Below, in pieces: positions 8,436 through 20,840 of a stretch of DNA of 64,000 nt. The stretch comes from Vulcanimicrobiota bacterium (GTDB lineage Bacteria; Vulcanimicrobiota; Vulcanimicrobiia; Vulcanimicrobiales; Vulcanimicrobiaceae). The notes beneath the pieces are model-generated. The model was not told the origin of the DNA. It saw only the letters and a program-made list of their open reading frames with translations, and made no database searches. The stretch spans positions 32,001-96,000 of the forward strand of contig OY968762.1 in the NCBI GenBank assembly GCA_963695225.1, given 5' to 3'. The translations under genes were made by a program, and so were the position numbers. Numbering within the stretch: position 1 is the first letter of the stretch; each line of letters starts with the position of its first letter.

Positions 8436-9977
8436 TTGAGGAACTCCGTTCGCGCGCTCGGCGGCGCGCTCATCGCATTCGCTCTGCTGCTCTGCGGCGC
8501 GCAAGGCGCCGTCGCAAAGAAAGCCGAGCCTGCACCGACGGCCTCGGCAAGTTCGTCGCCGGCGCCGCTGCCGACCGCAACGCCGGAGGCTCCCGAGGTC
8601 GCGATTCCGCGCCTCGAGGCGAAGCTCAAAGCCTCTCCGGACGATCGCGAAGCGCTGCTCGATCTCTCGGGATATTACTTGCAGGTCGGCCGCCCCGACA
8701 AGGCGGTCGTGCTGACCCAGAAGCTGCTCTCGCTCGGGCAGAAGACGGCCCAAGTCTATTTCCTCGACGGAGCCGCGAACGAGCAACTCGGAAAGGTGAA
8801 AGAGGCGACCGCCTCTCTCGAGCAAGCCTCGAACCTCGAACCGACGAACTCGCAGGTTCTGCTGACGTTGACGGATCTCTACCTGCGCACGAACCGCGCC
8901 TCCGACGCCGAGCGCGTCGCGAAGCGCGCGACGACGTTCAACGCGACCGACAAGCGCGCGTTCCTGAACTACGCGCTCGTGCTCTCGCAAGAGAAAAAGT
9001 ACGACGAAGCGCGCGCGCAGTTCGAAGCGGCGGCGAAACTGGACCCGAAGGATGCGTCGCCGTTGATTCTCGAAGCGCGCTCCTACATCGATCAAAAGAA
9101 CTATGCGGTCGCCGCGACGACCTTCGACCGCGCGCTCGCGGTCGAACCGGGAAGCCCGGACGCGCTGCTCGGCAAGGCGCGCCTGCTCGCGATCCAGCAC
9201 GACGTGAAGGGCGCGGTCGCGGTCTACGAGCAGCTCGTTACGGCGCTCGCCGAGCCGGGCGAAAAGGCCGCCGTCGTCGATGAGGAAGCCTCGTTCTACG
9301 CGAGCGAAAAGATGACGGCGGAGGCCGAGAACACGTACAAGCGCGCGATCTCGAGCTATCCGAGCGTCAGCGGAACCCACGTCGCGCTCGGCGATTACTA
9401 CGCGCGCTCGAACAAGGCCAAGGAGGCCGAGGCGGAATGGACCGCGGCGCTCGGCGACAAGAAGGACAACCCGGCCGCGCTCGCGCGCCTCGGCGATCTC
9501 TACTTGAGCCGGACCGATGCGAACAGAGCGATCGACTCCTACAAACGCCTCACCGAGCTCACGCCGGGAGACCCGGCCGCGCTCGTGCGCCTCGGGCAGG
9601 CCTACGCGCTCGCGCATCAGTTCGACAAGGCGCGCGACTCGTTCCGCCGCTCGTTCGACGTCGCGCGGACCCCGCAGGCGCTCGCCGGCCTTGGAGCCGC
9701 GGATTACGAGTTGCACAACTACAAGGAAGCGGCTGAGATCTTCGACGCGCTCGACCGAGACGTCCCTGATTTCCTCAAAGCGAGCCCGCAGTTCTACATG
9801 GTCATGGGCAAGTGCTACGCCGAGACGAATCAGAAGCCGAAGGCGAAATCGGCGTACGAACGTTTCCTTCCTTACATAAGCAAGGACACGAAAGCGACGG
9901 CCGAAGTCAAGAAGATGATCGCCGCGCTGGGCCCCGTCTCGGCGGCGACCGCCAAGCCCGCGCCGAAGAATAAGTAG
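8436..9977 (+). CDS. Exported tetratricopeptide repeat protein
   Basis: Signal peptide followed by many TPR-like helical repeats. Confidence 0.85.
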   Translation: MRNSVRALGGALIAFALLLCGAQGAVAKKAEPAPTASASSSPAPLPTATPEAPEVAIPRLEAKLKASPDDREALLDLSGYYLQVGRPDKAVVLTQKLLSLGQKTAQVYFLDGAANEQLGKVKEATASLEQASNLEPTNSQVLLTLTDLYLRTNRASDAERVAKRATTFNATDKRAFLNYALVLSQEKKYDEARAQFEAAAKLDPKDASPLILEARSYIDQKNYAVAATTFDRALAVEPGSPDALLGKARLLAIQHDVKGAVAVYEQLVTALAEPGEKAAVVDEEASFYASEKMTAEAENTYKRAISSYPSVSGTHVALGDYYARSNKAKEAEAEWTAALGDKKDNPAALARLGDLYLSRTDANRAIDSYKRLTELTPGDPAALVRLGQAYALAHQFDKARDSFRRSFDVARTPQALAGLGAADYELHNYKEAAEIFDALDRDVPDFLKASPQFYMVMGKCYAETNQKPKAKSAYERFLPYISKDTKATAEVKKMIAALGPVSAATAKPAPKNK

Positions 9978-9989
9978 ACGGAGCGCGCA

Positions 9990-11006
9990 TTGCTCGTCGT
10001 CTATGACGATTGCTACACCGAGCATCTCTCCGGGATAGCCCACCCAGAGTCGCCGGATCGCGTCAGCGCGATCATCTCGCACCTCGAATCGGAAGGGCTG
10101 TTGAATTCCCGGATCGGCGCGCGCGACGCGGAGGATCATGAGATCCTCCGCGTTCACTCCGTCGATTACCTCGAGAAGGTCAAACGCGAGGTCGGCGCGC
10201 TCGGCGAAACCGACGTGGACACGCTCTCGACGGGCGATACGATCATCGACGCGTCGTCGTTGCGGGTCGCGCGGCGCTCGGCGGGCGGGACGCTCGCGGC
10301 GATGGAGTACGCCGTCGCCAACGACACCGCGGCTTTCGCGATCGTCCGCCCGCCGGGGCATCACGCGGAACCGCGTCACGGCATGGGCTTTTGCGTCTTC
10401 AACAACGTCGGCATCGCGGCGCGCGCGTATGCGGAGCAAGCCCGCGATCGCGCGCTCGTGATCGATTTCGATTACCATCATGGGAACGGAACGCAGGCGA
10501 TGGCGAGGGCCGGCGTCTCGTTCATTTCGACCCACGCCTCGCCCGCGTATCCGGGGACGGGCGACGTCGCCGAGAACCGGCTCGCCTTCGACGGTGCGAT
10601 CGTCAACTGTCCGCTTCCGGCCGGCGGCTACCCCACCGAAGCGTTCCTCGCGACCTGGCAATCGCTGATGGAAGGGGTCGCGGAGCACGTGCACCCGGGC
10701 CTCCTCCTCGTCAGCGCCGGTTACGACTTCGCGGCCGGAGATCCGGTAGGAGATCTCGGTATCGACGGCCCGCTCGCCGCGCGCGAGTTGGCGCGGATGA
10801 TTCGCGAGTTGGCGGACCGCTTCACGAAGGGGCGCGTCGTCTACAGCTTGGAAGGCGGGTACGATCCGCCGATCCTCGCGGCGTGCGTGGCCGAGACCGT
10901 GCGCGTGCACGATGCGGCTACGCGCGAGGTCGGCGCGTTCGCGATGAAGTCGATTCCGAAGGCGCAGCGGGCCGTGCTCGATCAGGTCGCCGCTTGGATG
11001 TGGTGA
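9990..11006 (+). CDS. Histone deacetylase family protein
   Basis: [36 protein letters not shown]. Confidence 0.93.
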   Translation: MLVVYDDCYTEHLSGIAHPESPDRVSAIISHLESEGLLNSRIGARDAEDHEILRVHSVDYLEKVKREVGALGETDVDTLSTGDTIIDASSLRVARRSAGGTLAAMEYAVANDTAAFAIVRPPGHHAEPRHGMGFCVFNNVGIAARAYAEQARDRALVIDFDYHHGNGTQAMARAGVSFISTHASPAYPGTGDVAENRLAFDGAIVNCPLPAGGYPTEAFLATWQSLMEGVAEHVHPGLLLVSAGYDFAAGDPVGDLGIDGPLAARELARMIRELADRFTKGRVVYSLEGGYDPPILAACVAETVRVHDAATREVGAFAMKSIPKAQRAVLDQVAAWMW

Positions 11007-11458
11007 TCTTCGTCCTGCGCGTTGCGCTGGGCGCCGTGTTTCTCGCCGCGGGGCTGCTGAAAGTGTCGCACCCGGAATTCCTCGCGGCGACGATCGCCGC
11101 ATTCCGCATCTTGCCGGAGGCGGTCATCGCGCCGCTTGCGGTCGCGTTGCCCTACTTCGAGATGATCCTCGGCGGCTACCTTATCGTGGGGCTGTTCACA
11201 CGCGTCGCCGCCCTCGTTGCGGCGGCGCAGCTGGCCGCGTTTGCGGCCGCGATCGCATCGGTCGTCGTGCGCGGAATCCCGACCTCGTGCGGTTGCTTCG
11301 GTCCGAGCGACACGGCGCCGGCGAGCTGGGTCGACGTGGCGCGCGATCTCGCCCTGGCGGCGGTCGCGATCCTCATCGCCCTGCGCGCACCGGGGATCCT
11401 GGCGCTCGACGGGCGCCTCGCTTCCAAGAGTTTACCGACCGCGGAGGGAATGGAATAG
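11003..11458 (+). CDS. MauE/DoxX family membrane protein
   Basis: [31 protein letters not shown]. Confidence 0.85.
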   Translation: MIFVLRVALGAVFLAAGLLKVSHPEFLAATIAAFRILPEAVIAPLAVALPYFEMILGGYLIVGLFTRVAALVAAAQLAAFAAAIASVVVRGIPTSCGCFGPSDTAPASWVDVARDLALAAVAILIALRAPGILALDGRLASKSLPTAEGME

Positions 11459-11459
11459 C

Positions 11460-12056
11460 ATGGCACAGCGACGGCCGGCGCCCGGAGCCGGCAACAACCG
11501 GAAGACCATCGTCTACGCATCGTTCGGCATCCTTGCGGTTCTCTTGATCGTCGCGGTGGCGTACGCTTCGCGCATGCCGAAGATCGCGTCGGTCGCGCCG
11601 ACCTCCGCGCAACTGACCGTGGGGCAGGCCGCTCCGCAGTTCGCGTTGCCGACGACGGACGGCGTCTTCGATCTCTCGAAGGCCGCCGGGCAGCCGGTCC
11701 TGCTCGAAGTTTTCGCAACCTGGTGCCCGCACTGCCAACGCGAGACCGCGACGCTCAACGCGATCTACGACGCATACAAGGACAAGGTGCACATCGTCGC
11801 GGTCTCCGGCAGCCAATACGGCGTCGACGGCAGCACGCCCGAATCGCAGGCAGACGTCGTGAGCTTCGTGCAGAAGTACAACGTGCGCTATCCGGTGGCG
11901 TTCGACCCGACGCTCGACGTCGGGAACAAGTACCTGCAGGGCGGCTTCCCGACGATCGTGCTGATCAGTAAAGACGGGAAAGTGTTGAAGTTCCGCGACG
12001 GCGAGATCCCGCGAGCGGAGATCGAAAAGGACCTCAACGACGCGCTGAAGGGTTAG
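11460..12056 (+). CDS. TlpA-like thiol-disulfide oxidoreductase
   Basis: N-terminal TM segment, FATWCPHC, GGFPT. Confidence 0.9.
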   Translation: MAQRRPAPGAGNNRKTIVYASFGILAVLLIVAVAYASRMPKIASVAPTSAQLTVGQAAPQFALPTTDGVFDLSKAAGQPVLLEVFATWCPHCQRETATLNAIYDAYKDKVHIVAVSGSQYGVDGSTPESQADVVSFVQKYNVRYPVAFDPTLDVGNKYLQGGFPTIVLISKDGKVLKFRDGEIPRAEIEKDLNDALKG

Positions 12057-13108
12057 GGAATGACGCTGGTCGCGATGCGCCCGAGCTCCGCCCGGGAGAG
12101 GTCGCCGATCAGCGTCAACGTCAACTGCTTTTCCTTCCAGGCGATGAGCGTCGAAGCACCGTGCTCGATCACTTTGCCTTCGTCTTCGCCGAGTTTGATC
12201 GTGCGCGGCTTGTCGGCGCCGAAATCGGCTTCGGCGCCGGCGGCGTTTTCGAACAGCGAGAGCGTTCTCAGTCCGTCGGAGTAATTGAGGTGGACGGTCT
12301 TGGTGCCGTTCACGGTCTCGACGGACGCACCGACGAGCGCGAAGCCCTCGGGCAGGTCGGCGGGGCTCGCAGGCTTGAAGCCGGCTTCGCGAGCGACGCG
12401 ATCGGTGTCGAGCGAGGGCGGCTCGCGATCGGCCTCCGTCACTTCCGAGTACCCCTCGGGAACGTTCGTCGAGAAGATCTCGTCCGGTATCTTCTGCGTG
12501 TAGCGTAGCTCGGCAAAGCGCGACGAGGTTGCGATCGAGCCGTCGGCGTGGAACGTTTCCTTGCGCAGGACGAGCTTCGTCTCGGCGTCGATCCATACGC
12601 GCGCGACGCGCTCGCCCGTGTAGTTGTTGATCAACACGAGCGACTTCGTCGGCCGTCCCGCGACGATCTCGCCGCCTGCGGGGACGGCGCGATAGTTCGC
12701 GTAGAGCAAGCCCAGCGTATTCCCCCCCGCGAGGTTGACGTCGAGCAGCGGATTGTTCGACGTCGTGACGCGCTCGCGGCGCGTGTCGAACTGCCAGGTC
12801 GTCGTCGAGCGAGTGATGATGTAGTCGCCGTAGAGCGCTTCGGGGGCGAGGTACCAGCGTCGAGTGCGGTCGGGCGCGCGATGCTCGATCCTCACGATCG
12901 TTGCGTTCGCCTTGCTCGCGCTGAAGCGGATCGTTTCGAGCTGGCCGACGTACGAAACGGAGCGGGAGGCGCCGATGCTCTCCCGCAGGAGGTCGGCCGG
13001 GCTCTCCGCGGCGGGGGCGGCGAACGCGGGTGCCGCGCCGGCGCAGAACGCCGCCGCGGCGAGGAGCGCCGTTCGCGCCGCGCCGGAGAGAGCGCTAGCG
13101 CACGACAT
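12053..13108 (-). CDS. MucB/RseB-like sigma-E regulatory protein
   Basis: Signal peptide, LolA/RseB-like fold (VAGRPT, WIDAETKLVLR, YSDGLRTLSLFE); downstream of anti-sigma. Confidence 0.75.
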   Translation of the reverse strand: MSCASALSGAARTALLAAAAFCAGAAPAFAAPAAESPADLLRESIGASRSVSYVGQLETIRFSASKANATIVRIEHRAPDRTRRWYLAPEALYGDYIITRSTTTWQFDTRRERVTTSNNPLLDVNLAGGNTLGLLYANYRAVPAGGEIVAGRPTKSLVLINNYTGERVARVWIDAETKLVLRKETFHADGSIATSSRFAELRYTQKIPDEIFSTNVPEGYSEVTEADREPPSLDTDRVAREAGFKPASPADLPEGFALVGASVETVNGTKTVHLNYSDGLRTLSLFENAAGAEADFGADKPRTIKLGEDEGKVIEHGASTLIAWKEKQLTLTLIGDLSRAELGRIATSVIP

Positions 13109-13637
13109 CAAGGGTGCCGGGTTCCACCGCTGCTTCCGATTCGAGATCTGCGCTCTCGCTCTGCGAGGCCGAATCGTACGACGTTTCGATCGTCGTCGCC
13201 GGCAGGCTCCGCTCCGCGAGCGGGTTCTGCAATTGCTCGGCCTCGTGCTGCTCGATGTAGTAGGATGCTGCGATCGCCGGTGCCGCGTGGCTCGGCGCGA
13301 GCGGCGAGAACGGGCTCGCGAAATAAAACGCGACCGCGGCCGCGGCTGCGAGCGGGAACGCCACGATCGGGCGCAGGAACGAGCGAAGCCGGTCGATCGG
13401 CTGCGGCGTTTGGGCGCGCACCGCCTCCCAGATCTTCGCTTTGACCATCGGCGGAAGCTCGCGTTCGTCCCGGGCTGCAACGGCGCGCAACGCGTCGCCG
13501 AGCGCGCGCTCGCGGTCGAGTTCGGTCGCGCATGCCGGGCACGTCGCGACGTGTTGATGCACGAGCGAATCGGACGCGGGGTCCAGCTCGTCGTGCAGAT
13601 AGTCGATCAGCGTTTCGTGTGAGATGTGGTCGGTCAT
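13095..13637 (-). CDS. zf-HC2 anti-sigma factor
   Basis: HVATCPAC zinc motif plus TM helix. Confidence 0.85.
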   Translation of the reverse strand: MTDHISHETLIDYLHDELDPASDSLVHQHVATCPACATELDRERALGDALRAVAARDERELPPMVKAKIWEAVRAQTPQPIDRLRSFLRPIVAFPLAAAAAVAFYFASPFSPLAPSHAAPAIAASYYIEQHEAEQLQNPLAERSLPATTIETSYDSASQSESADLESEAAVEPGTLDVVR

Positions 13638-14200
13638 GAGCGTTCTTGGGCCTGGAGGAGGAGCTTCCGGAGGAGCGCTCGCGCGCGATGGAGCCGCGAT
13701 CTCACCGTTCCGATCGAGCACTCCGTCATATCCGCGATCTCCTGATAGCTATAGTTTTCGATGTCCGCGAGAATGACGACCTGACGCTGCTCTGAAGAGA
13801 GCATCGCGAGCGCCTTAGAGAGGGATTCGCCGAGCTGGCCTTCGATGAGGTCGTCTATCGGCGTCTCGGCTAAGGGCCGCTGCCCCCCGTAAGCCTGCGG
13901 GGCGTTGTCTTCCGGGATCTCCTCATAGAAACGTCCTTTTCGCCGCCGAAGTTCATCGCGGTGAAGGTTTGTGACGATCCGGTAGATCCACGAGACGAAG
14001 CTCGTCCCCGGCTGGAAGGAGCGCCAGGCGCGGTAGACCCGTAGGAAGGCGTCCTGCGTCAGATCGCGGGCGTCGGCCTCGTTGTTCGTCAGCCGGTAAG
14101 CGAAGTTGTACGTCGCCTTGCCGTATTGCTCGATCGCCCGTTCGAGGAACGCCGCCTGTTCGGGCGACGGGGGCGGATCCGGCGCACGAGGGGCTCCCAT
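13634..14200 (-). CDS. ECF RNA polymerase sigma factor (RpoE-like)
   Basis: DARDLTQDAFLRVY, SWIYRIVTN, SYQEIA...GTVRSRLHRAR. Confidence 0.93.
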   Translation of the reverse strand: MGAPRAPDPPPSPEQAAFLERAIEQYGKATYNFAYRLTNNEADARDLTQDAFLRVYRAWRSFQPGTSFVSWIYRIVTNLHRDELRRRKGRFYEEIPEDNAPQAYGGQRPLAETPIDDLIEGQLGESLSKALAMLSSEQRQVVILADIENYSYQEIADMTECSIGTVRSRLHRARALLRKLLLQAQERS

Positions 14201-14346
14201 CAAGCGACTTCTTTTGCCATGGGCGGCAGGGCTACTGCCGGTTCGTGGAACTCGGCACGCTGAGGTAACTCAAACACTTGACACGAACACGGCTCTTAGG
14301 GAAGCCTAGTGAAGTAAGCGCAGTGCAGCGAAATCTAAGGAGAAAC

Positions 14347-15630
14347 TTGGCCGTCCATCCGACGACCCTCGAACCGGCATCTGCCGAACCGGCGAAACGG
14401 CGGTCGGTCCTAGCACGATACCTCGCCGTTCTGGGACCAGGCTTGATCGTCGCGTTCGCCGATACCGAAGCGGGCAGCATCACCACGGCGGCGACCTCCG
14501 GGGCTCAGTTCGGGATGAAGCTCGTACTCTTGCAGATCCTGCTGATCGTGCCGCTGTTCGTCGTTCAGGAGATGACGGTCCGGCTGGGGATCGTCACGAA
14601 GAAGGGGCACGCGCAGCTCATTCGCGAGCACTACGGCATGGGCTGGGCGTGGGTCTCCCTCGGGACGATGCTCGTCACGAACCTGGCCGCGCTCGTGACC
14701 GAGTTCATCGGGATCGCGGGAGCCGCGCTGATCTTCGGCGTCAATCCGACGCTGCTCGTCCTGACCGCCGCCGCCGTCATCATCGCCGTCTCGCTCGGCG
14801 GGGCATACAAGCGCGCGGAGATCGCGGCGCTCGGGCTGTGCTTGCTCGAACTGCTCTTCATTCCGGCAGCGTTTGCGGCGCATCCGGACCCGATGCTGCT
14901 CGTCCGCGAGGGCCTCTTCGGATCGCAGCCGCTCGGCGATCGAGCGTACCTCTTGCTCGTCGCGGGGAACATCGGGGCGGTCATCATGCCTTGGATGATC
15001 TTCTACCAGCAGAGCGCCGTCGTCGACAAGGGGCTGCGCCTGCGCGATCTCGCCTTCGCGCGCCTCGATACGGTCTTCGGCGCGGTGATGACGCAGATCA
15101 TCATGATCGCGGTCGTCGTCACCACGGCGGCGACGCTCTTCGTGCGCGGGATCTCCGTCTCGGACGCAGCGCATGCGGCCCTGGCGCTCGAGCCGTTGAT
15201 CGGGCACCTCGCCGGGATCATCTTCGGCGCCGCCTTGATCGGGGCGGCGCTGCTCGGCGCGTTCGTCGTTTCGCTGGCGACCGCGTGGGCGTTCGGAGAG
15301 GCGTTCCAGTGGCGCTGCTCGCTCAATTACGGCTGCTTCGACGCAAAGCGCTTCTACGGATTCTTCGTCGTGTGCGTGCTCGCTGCCGCCGGGATCACCT
15401 TGATCCCGGGGCTCCCGCTCGTGCGCGTCACCGTGCTCGTGATGGCCTTCAACGCGCTCGTCCTTCCGATCGTGCTCGGGTTCTTGCTGATCATGGCGAA
15501 CGATCGAAACATCCTGGGCAAGCGCGTCAACTCGCCGCTCGGGAACGCGATCGCGCTCGGGGTCTCGTTCGTCTGCGTCGCGCTCGGCCTTTGGTATGGG
15601 TTCCTAACACTCTCCGGTCAGGCGGGCTGA
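14347..15630 (+). CDS. Nramp-related divalent cation transporter
   Basis: LGPGLIVAFADTEAGS, VQEMTVRLG, GAVIMPWMIFYQQS; AAGGAG before TTG 14347. Confidence 0.88.
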   Translation: MAVHPTTLEPASAEPAKRRSVLARYLAVLGPGLIVAFADTEAGSITTAATSGAQFGMKLVLLQILLIVPLFVVQEMTVRLGIVTKKGHAQLIREHYGMGWAWVSLGTMLVTNLAALVTEFIGIAGAALIFGVNPTLLVLTAAAVIIAVSLGGAYKRAEIAALGLCLLELLFIPAAFAAHPDPMLLVREGLFGSQPLGDRAYLLLVAGNIGAVIMPWMIFYQQSAVVDKGLRLRDLAFARLDTVFGAVMTQIIMIAVVVTTAATLFVRGISVSDAAHAALALEPLIGHLAGIIFGAALIGAALLGAFVVSLATAWAFGEAFQWRCSLNYGCFDAKRFYGFFVVCVLAAAGITLIPGLPLVRVTVLVMAFNALVLPIVLGFLLIMANDRNILGKRVNSPLGNAIALGVSFVCVALGLWYGFLTLSGQAG

Positions 15631-15663
15631 CCCCGGCGAAGAGTTAGCTTGCTCGCGTGGCCC

Positions 15664-15814
15664 GCGTCCGGAGCGGGGCGGGGTTCCTCCGCGGGGACGC
15701 CCGCGATTTCGCATCCATGCGAAATCGCTACTCGTGCACTTGCCCGCTCCCGCCATCGTGGCTCCGCGGGCAAGCTGCACGCCCCGCGGAGAAACCCCGC
15801 CCCGCTCCGGACGC
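15664..15814. repeat. 151-bp structured palindromic element, copy 1
   Basis: 33-nt inverted arms enclosing two hairpins; inverted homologue at 59767-59917. Confidence 0.9.
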
Positions 15815-16116
15815 TGCCTGCATTCCGTGGTCAACCGGGGCGCTACCCGGGTCAGCTGAGCTCGTTCGAAGGGTGAGCTAGCCGAAGGGCCCCTGCGGGT
15901 GTGAGCGCGGTCACTTTTTCGGGGGGCGGGAGCCGGGGGGGTTGCCGGCCTGGCGGGGCGCCGCGATAGGGCTACGAGGGAGGCCCGGCCTGGGCTGAGG
16001 TTCGCGGGAGCGGGCTGCTCGGGTAGGCAGCTTTCTCCTCCAAGGGACTCCGGCGCGGCTCCGAAAAGCTGGCCCCACCGGGGCTATACACCCGCCGCCC
16101 CACCCCGAGCGAGGTC

Positions 16117-16671
16117 ATGCGACAACCTTCGAGCAGCCGCCCAACGACTGAGAATTCCGACGACGCCGGTCTCATCGTCGCGTTGCTCACGCGCTTTCCG
16201 GAGATCGCGACGTTGACCGCGTATCCGCTCGAAGGTACGTTGGAGCTTTCGTTCGTCGTCCGCGAACGGCTCGATCGGAAAGCGGAAGCGAGCTTGCGCG
16301 AGAGCGTCGGCGAGCACGTGCGTTCCTTGCTCGAACTGCACGGCGAGGCGCCGTCCCGGTCGGACGTCTTGCTGGAACGGGACGATCACTTGAGCTTCGT
16401 GCAGATCGTGCGCGACGCTGCGACCGTCACGCGCGAAGAACTCGGCGTGCTGACGGCGCTCTTGCGCGATCGCTTCGGCGAGCGGCTCGTGATGGGTCCG
16501 TCCGCCGACGTCGAGGATGAAGATCCGGCCGCGCAGGACGAGCTGGTCGACGTCGCGCTCGAGGCCCTGCGCGACCCCGAACAAAAGAAGAGCCTCGTCG
16601 GCTACCGCGAGGAGAGGGGCGTCCTCGTCTACTACATGCGCGCGCGGCGCCGTAAGGCGAGAGGACGATGA
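16117..16671 (+). CDS. Hypothetical protein
   Basis: GAGG RBS, host-like codon usage, upstream of PHP gene. Confidence 0.7.
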   Translation: MRQPSSSRPTTENSDDAGLIVALLTRFPEIATLTAYPLEGTLELSFVVRERLDRKAEASLRESVGEHVRSLLELHGEAPSRSDVLLERDDHLSFVQIVRDAATVTREELGVLTALLRDRFGERLVMGPSADVEDEDPAAQDELVDVALEALRDPEQKKSLVGYREERGVLVYYMRARRRKARGR

Positions 16672-16701
16672 ACGCGGCTTCACGGTGGTGAAGAGCCGCG
16701 C

Positions 16702-17514
16702 ATGATCGTCGACTTCCACAGCCACACGCTCGAGAGCGACGGGACGCTGAGCCCGCAGGAACTCGGCGCGGCGATGCGCGCGCGCGGGGTCGAGATGTTC
16801 TCGATCACGGATCACGACACGCTCGGCGCGTACCGCACGCTCGGCGACGCCGGCGGCTCCGCGAAGCTGCTGACCGGGATCGAAATCAACACGACATATA
16901 GAGGAAACGAAGTCCACATCCTCGGCTACCGTTTGCCGCTGGAGGGAGAGTCGCAGTTGCACGAGCTGCTCGCCGCGAACCGGCAAGCTCGCGAGCGGCG
17001 CGTCGGCATGATGGTGGCGCAGTTGCGCGAGGCGGGCATCCCGCTCGAACTCGATGCGGTTCGCGCGGAAGCGGTCGCGAGCGATTCGATGGGCCGCCCG
17101 CACGTCGGGATGGCGCTCGTGCGCGGGGGCTTCGTCGGCTCGATCGAAGCGGCGTTTCGCGAACTGCTCGGGCGGGGAAAGCCGGGCTACGTGCCGTCGC
17201 ATCACGTGACGCCGCAGGTTGCGATCGCGGTGATCCGGCGCTCCGGCGGAATCCCGGTCCTCGCGCATCCGGGCCGGCTGAACGATTACTCGCTGATCGA
17301 CGAACTCGCGCCCGCGGGTCTACGCGGGTTGGAAGTCTTCTATCCGACGCACGATCGCAATCAGATCGCCCACTTTCGTAAGAAGGCGGCGCAGCTCAAA
17401 CTCGTCGCGACCGCGGGCTCCGATTTCCACGATATCCGCTGGAACAAGGGCGGAGTCGGCATCGAAATCGAGGAGCGCGACATAGCGCCGTTCCTCGAAC
17501 TCGCCTTCGCCTGA
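16702..17514 (+). CDS. PHP domain phosphoesterase (TrpH/YciV-like)
   Basis: DFHSHTLESDG, ITDHD, GRPH, LAHP, GSDFH. Confidence 0.92.
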   Translation: MIVDFHSHTLESDGTLSPQELGAAMRARGVEMFSITDHDTLGAYRTLGDAGGSAKLLTGIEINTTYRGNEVHILGYRLPLEGESQLHELLAANRQARERRVGMMVAQLREAGIPLELDAVRAEAVASDSMGRPHVGMALVRGGFVGSIEAAFRELLGRGKPGYVPSHHVTPQVAIAVIRRSGGIPVLAHPGRLNDYSLIDELAPAGLRGLEVFYPTHDRNQIAHFRKKAAQLKLVATAGSDFHDIRWNKGGVGIEIEERDIAPFLELAFA

Positions 17515-17522
17515 GGCCCATG

Positions 17523-19567
<2,045 letters not shown>

Positions 19568-19570
19568 GCA

Positions 19571-20800
19571 ATGGGACACCGTAGACTCTTCACCTCGGAA
19601 TCGGTCACCGAGGGCCATCCGGATAAGCTCGCCGACCAGATCTCGGACGCCGTCCTCGACGCGATCCTCAAGGACGACCCGCACGGTCGCGTCGCGTGCG
19701 AGACGTTCGCGATCACCGGCCAGATCCACATTGCGGGCGAGATCTCGACGAAAACCTACATCGACATCCCGAAGATCGTGCGGAACACGATCCGCGAAGT
19801 CGGCTACACGAAATCGTCGGTCGGGTTCGACGCCGAAACGTGCGGCGTCTCCGTCTCCGTCGACGAACAGTCGGCCGATATCGCGCTCGGCGTCGATAAG
19901 TCGTACGAAGCGAAGGCGACCGGCCACGACGATCCGTTCGAGCTGACCGGCGCGGGCGACCAAGGGATGATGTTCGGCTACGCGTGCCGCGAGACGGATG
20001 CGCTGATGCCGCTGCCGATCACGCTCGCGCACGATCTCACCCGGCAACTCGCGGCAGCGCGCAAGAACGGTGAGATCTCGTACCTTCGCCCCGACGGCAA
20101 GAGCCAGGTGACCGTGGAGTACGACGGCCACCGCCCGATTCGCGTCGACGCCGTCGTCATCTCGACGCAGCACGATCCTGACGTTTCGCTCGACGTCATC
20201 CGCCGCGAAATTCGCGAACGATTGATCGATCACGTGATTCCGCAGTCGCTGCGCGACAAGGACTTGCGCGTCTACATCAATCCGACGGGACGTTTCGTCA
20301 TCGGCGGCCCCAAGGGCGACGCCGGCCTGACCGGGCGTAAGATCATCGCCGACACGTACGGCGGGATGGCGCGGCACGGGGGCGGTGCGTTCTCCGGGAA
20401 GGACCCGACGAAGGTCGACCGCTCCGGTGCCTATGCGGCGCGCCACGTCGCGAAGAACGTCGTGGCGGCGGGCTTGGCGGATCGCTGCGAAGTGCAGGTC
20501 GCGTATGCGATCGGCGTCGCTCGCCCCGTCAGCGTGCTCGTCGAAACGTTCGGGACGTCGAACGTCGACGAAGGGAAGATTGCGAAGCTCGTGCAGCAGC
20601 ACTTCGACCTGCGTCCGGCGGCGATCATCCACAACCTGGATCTGCTCCGGCCGATCTACCAGCAGACCGCTTCATACGGGCACTTCGGGCGGATCGATCT
20701 CGACCTGCCGTGGGAGCGCCTCGACAAGGCGCAGGAACTCCGCGAAGCCGCGGGACTCAAAGGCGATTTCGCCAACGAGCTCGTGACGATCGCCGGCTGA
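19571..20800 (+). CDS. metK: S-adenosylmethionine synthetase
   Basis: [28 protein letters not shown]. Confidence 0.97.
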   Translation: MGHRRLFTSESVTEGHPDKLADQISDAVLDAILKDDPHGRVACETFAITGQIHIAGEISTKTYIDIPKIVRNTIREVGYTKSSVGFDAETCGVSVSVDEQSADIALGVDKSYEAKATGHDDPFELTGAGDQGMMFGYACRETDALMPLPITLAHDLTRQLAAARKNGEISYLRPDGKSQVTVEYDGHRPIRVDAVVISTQHDPDVSLDVIRREIRERLIDHVIPQSLRDKDLRVYINPTGRFVIGGPKGDAGLTGRKIIADTYGGMARHGGGAFSGKDPTKVDRSGAYAARHVAKNVVAAGLADRCEVQVAYAIGVARPVSVLVETFGTSNVDEGKIAKLVQQHFDLRPAAIIHNLDLLRPIYQQTASYGHFGRIDLDLPWERLDKAQELREAAGLKGDFANELVTIAG

Positions 20801-20840
20801 GGCCGAAAATGCAGCCGACGGAGAGGGGTGCCGCGTAGCG

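Noticed and set aside
8223..11102. 959-aa minus-strand ORF (likewise 18338-20632, 31594-33765, 38496-41126)
   Set aside because: Antisense shadow frames of well-supported genes, typical of high-GC DNA, with no recognisable motifs.
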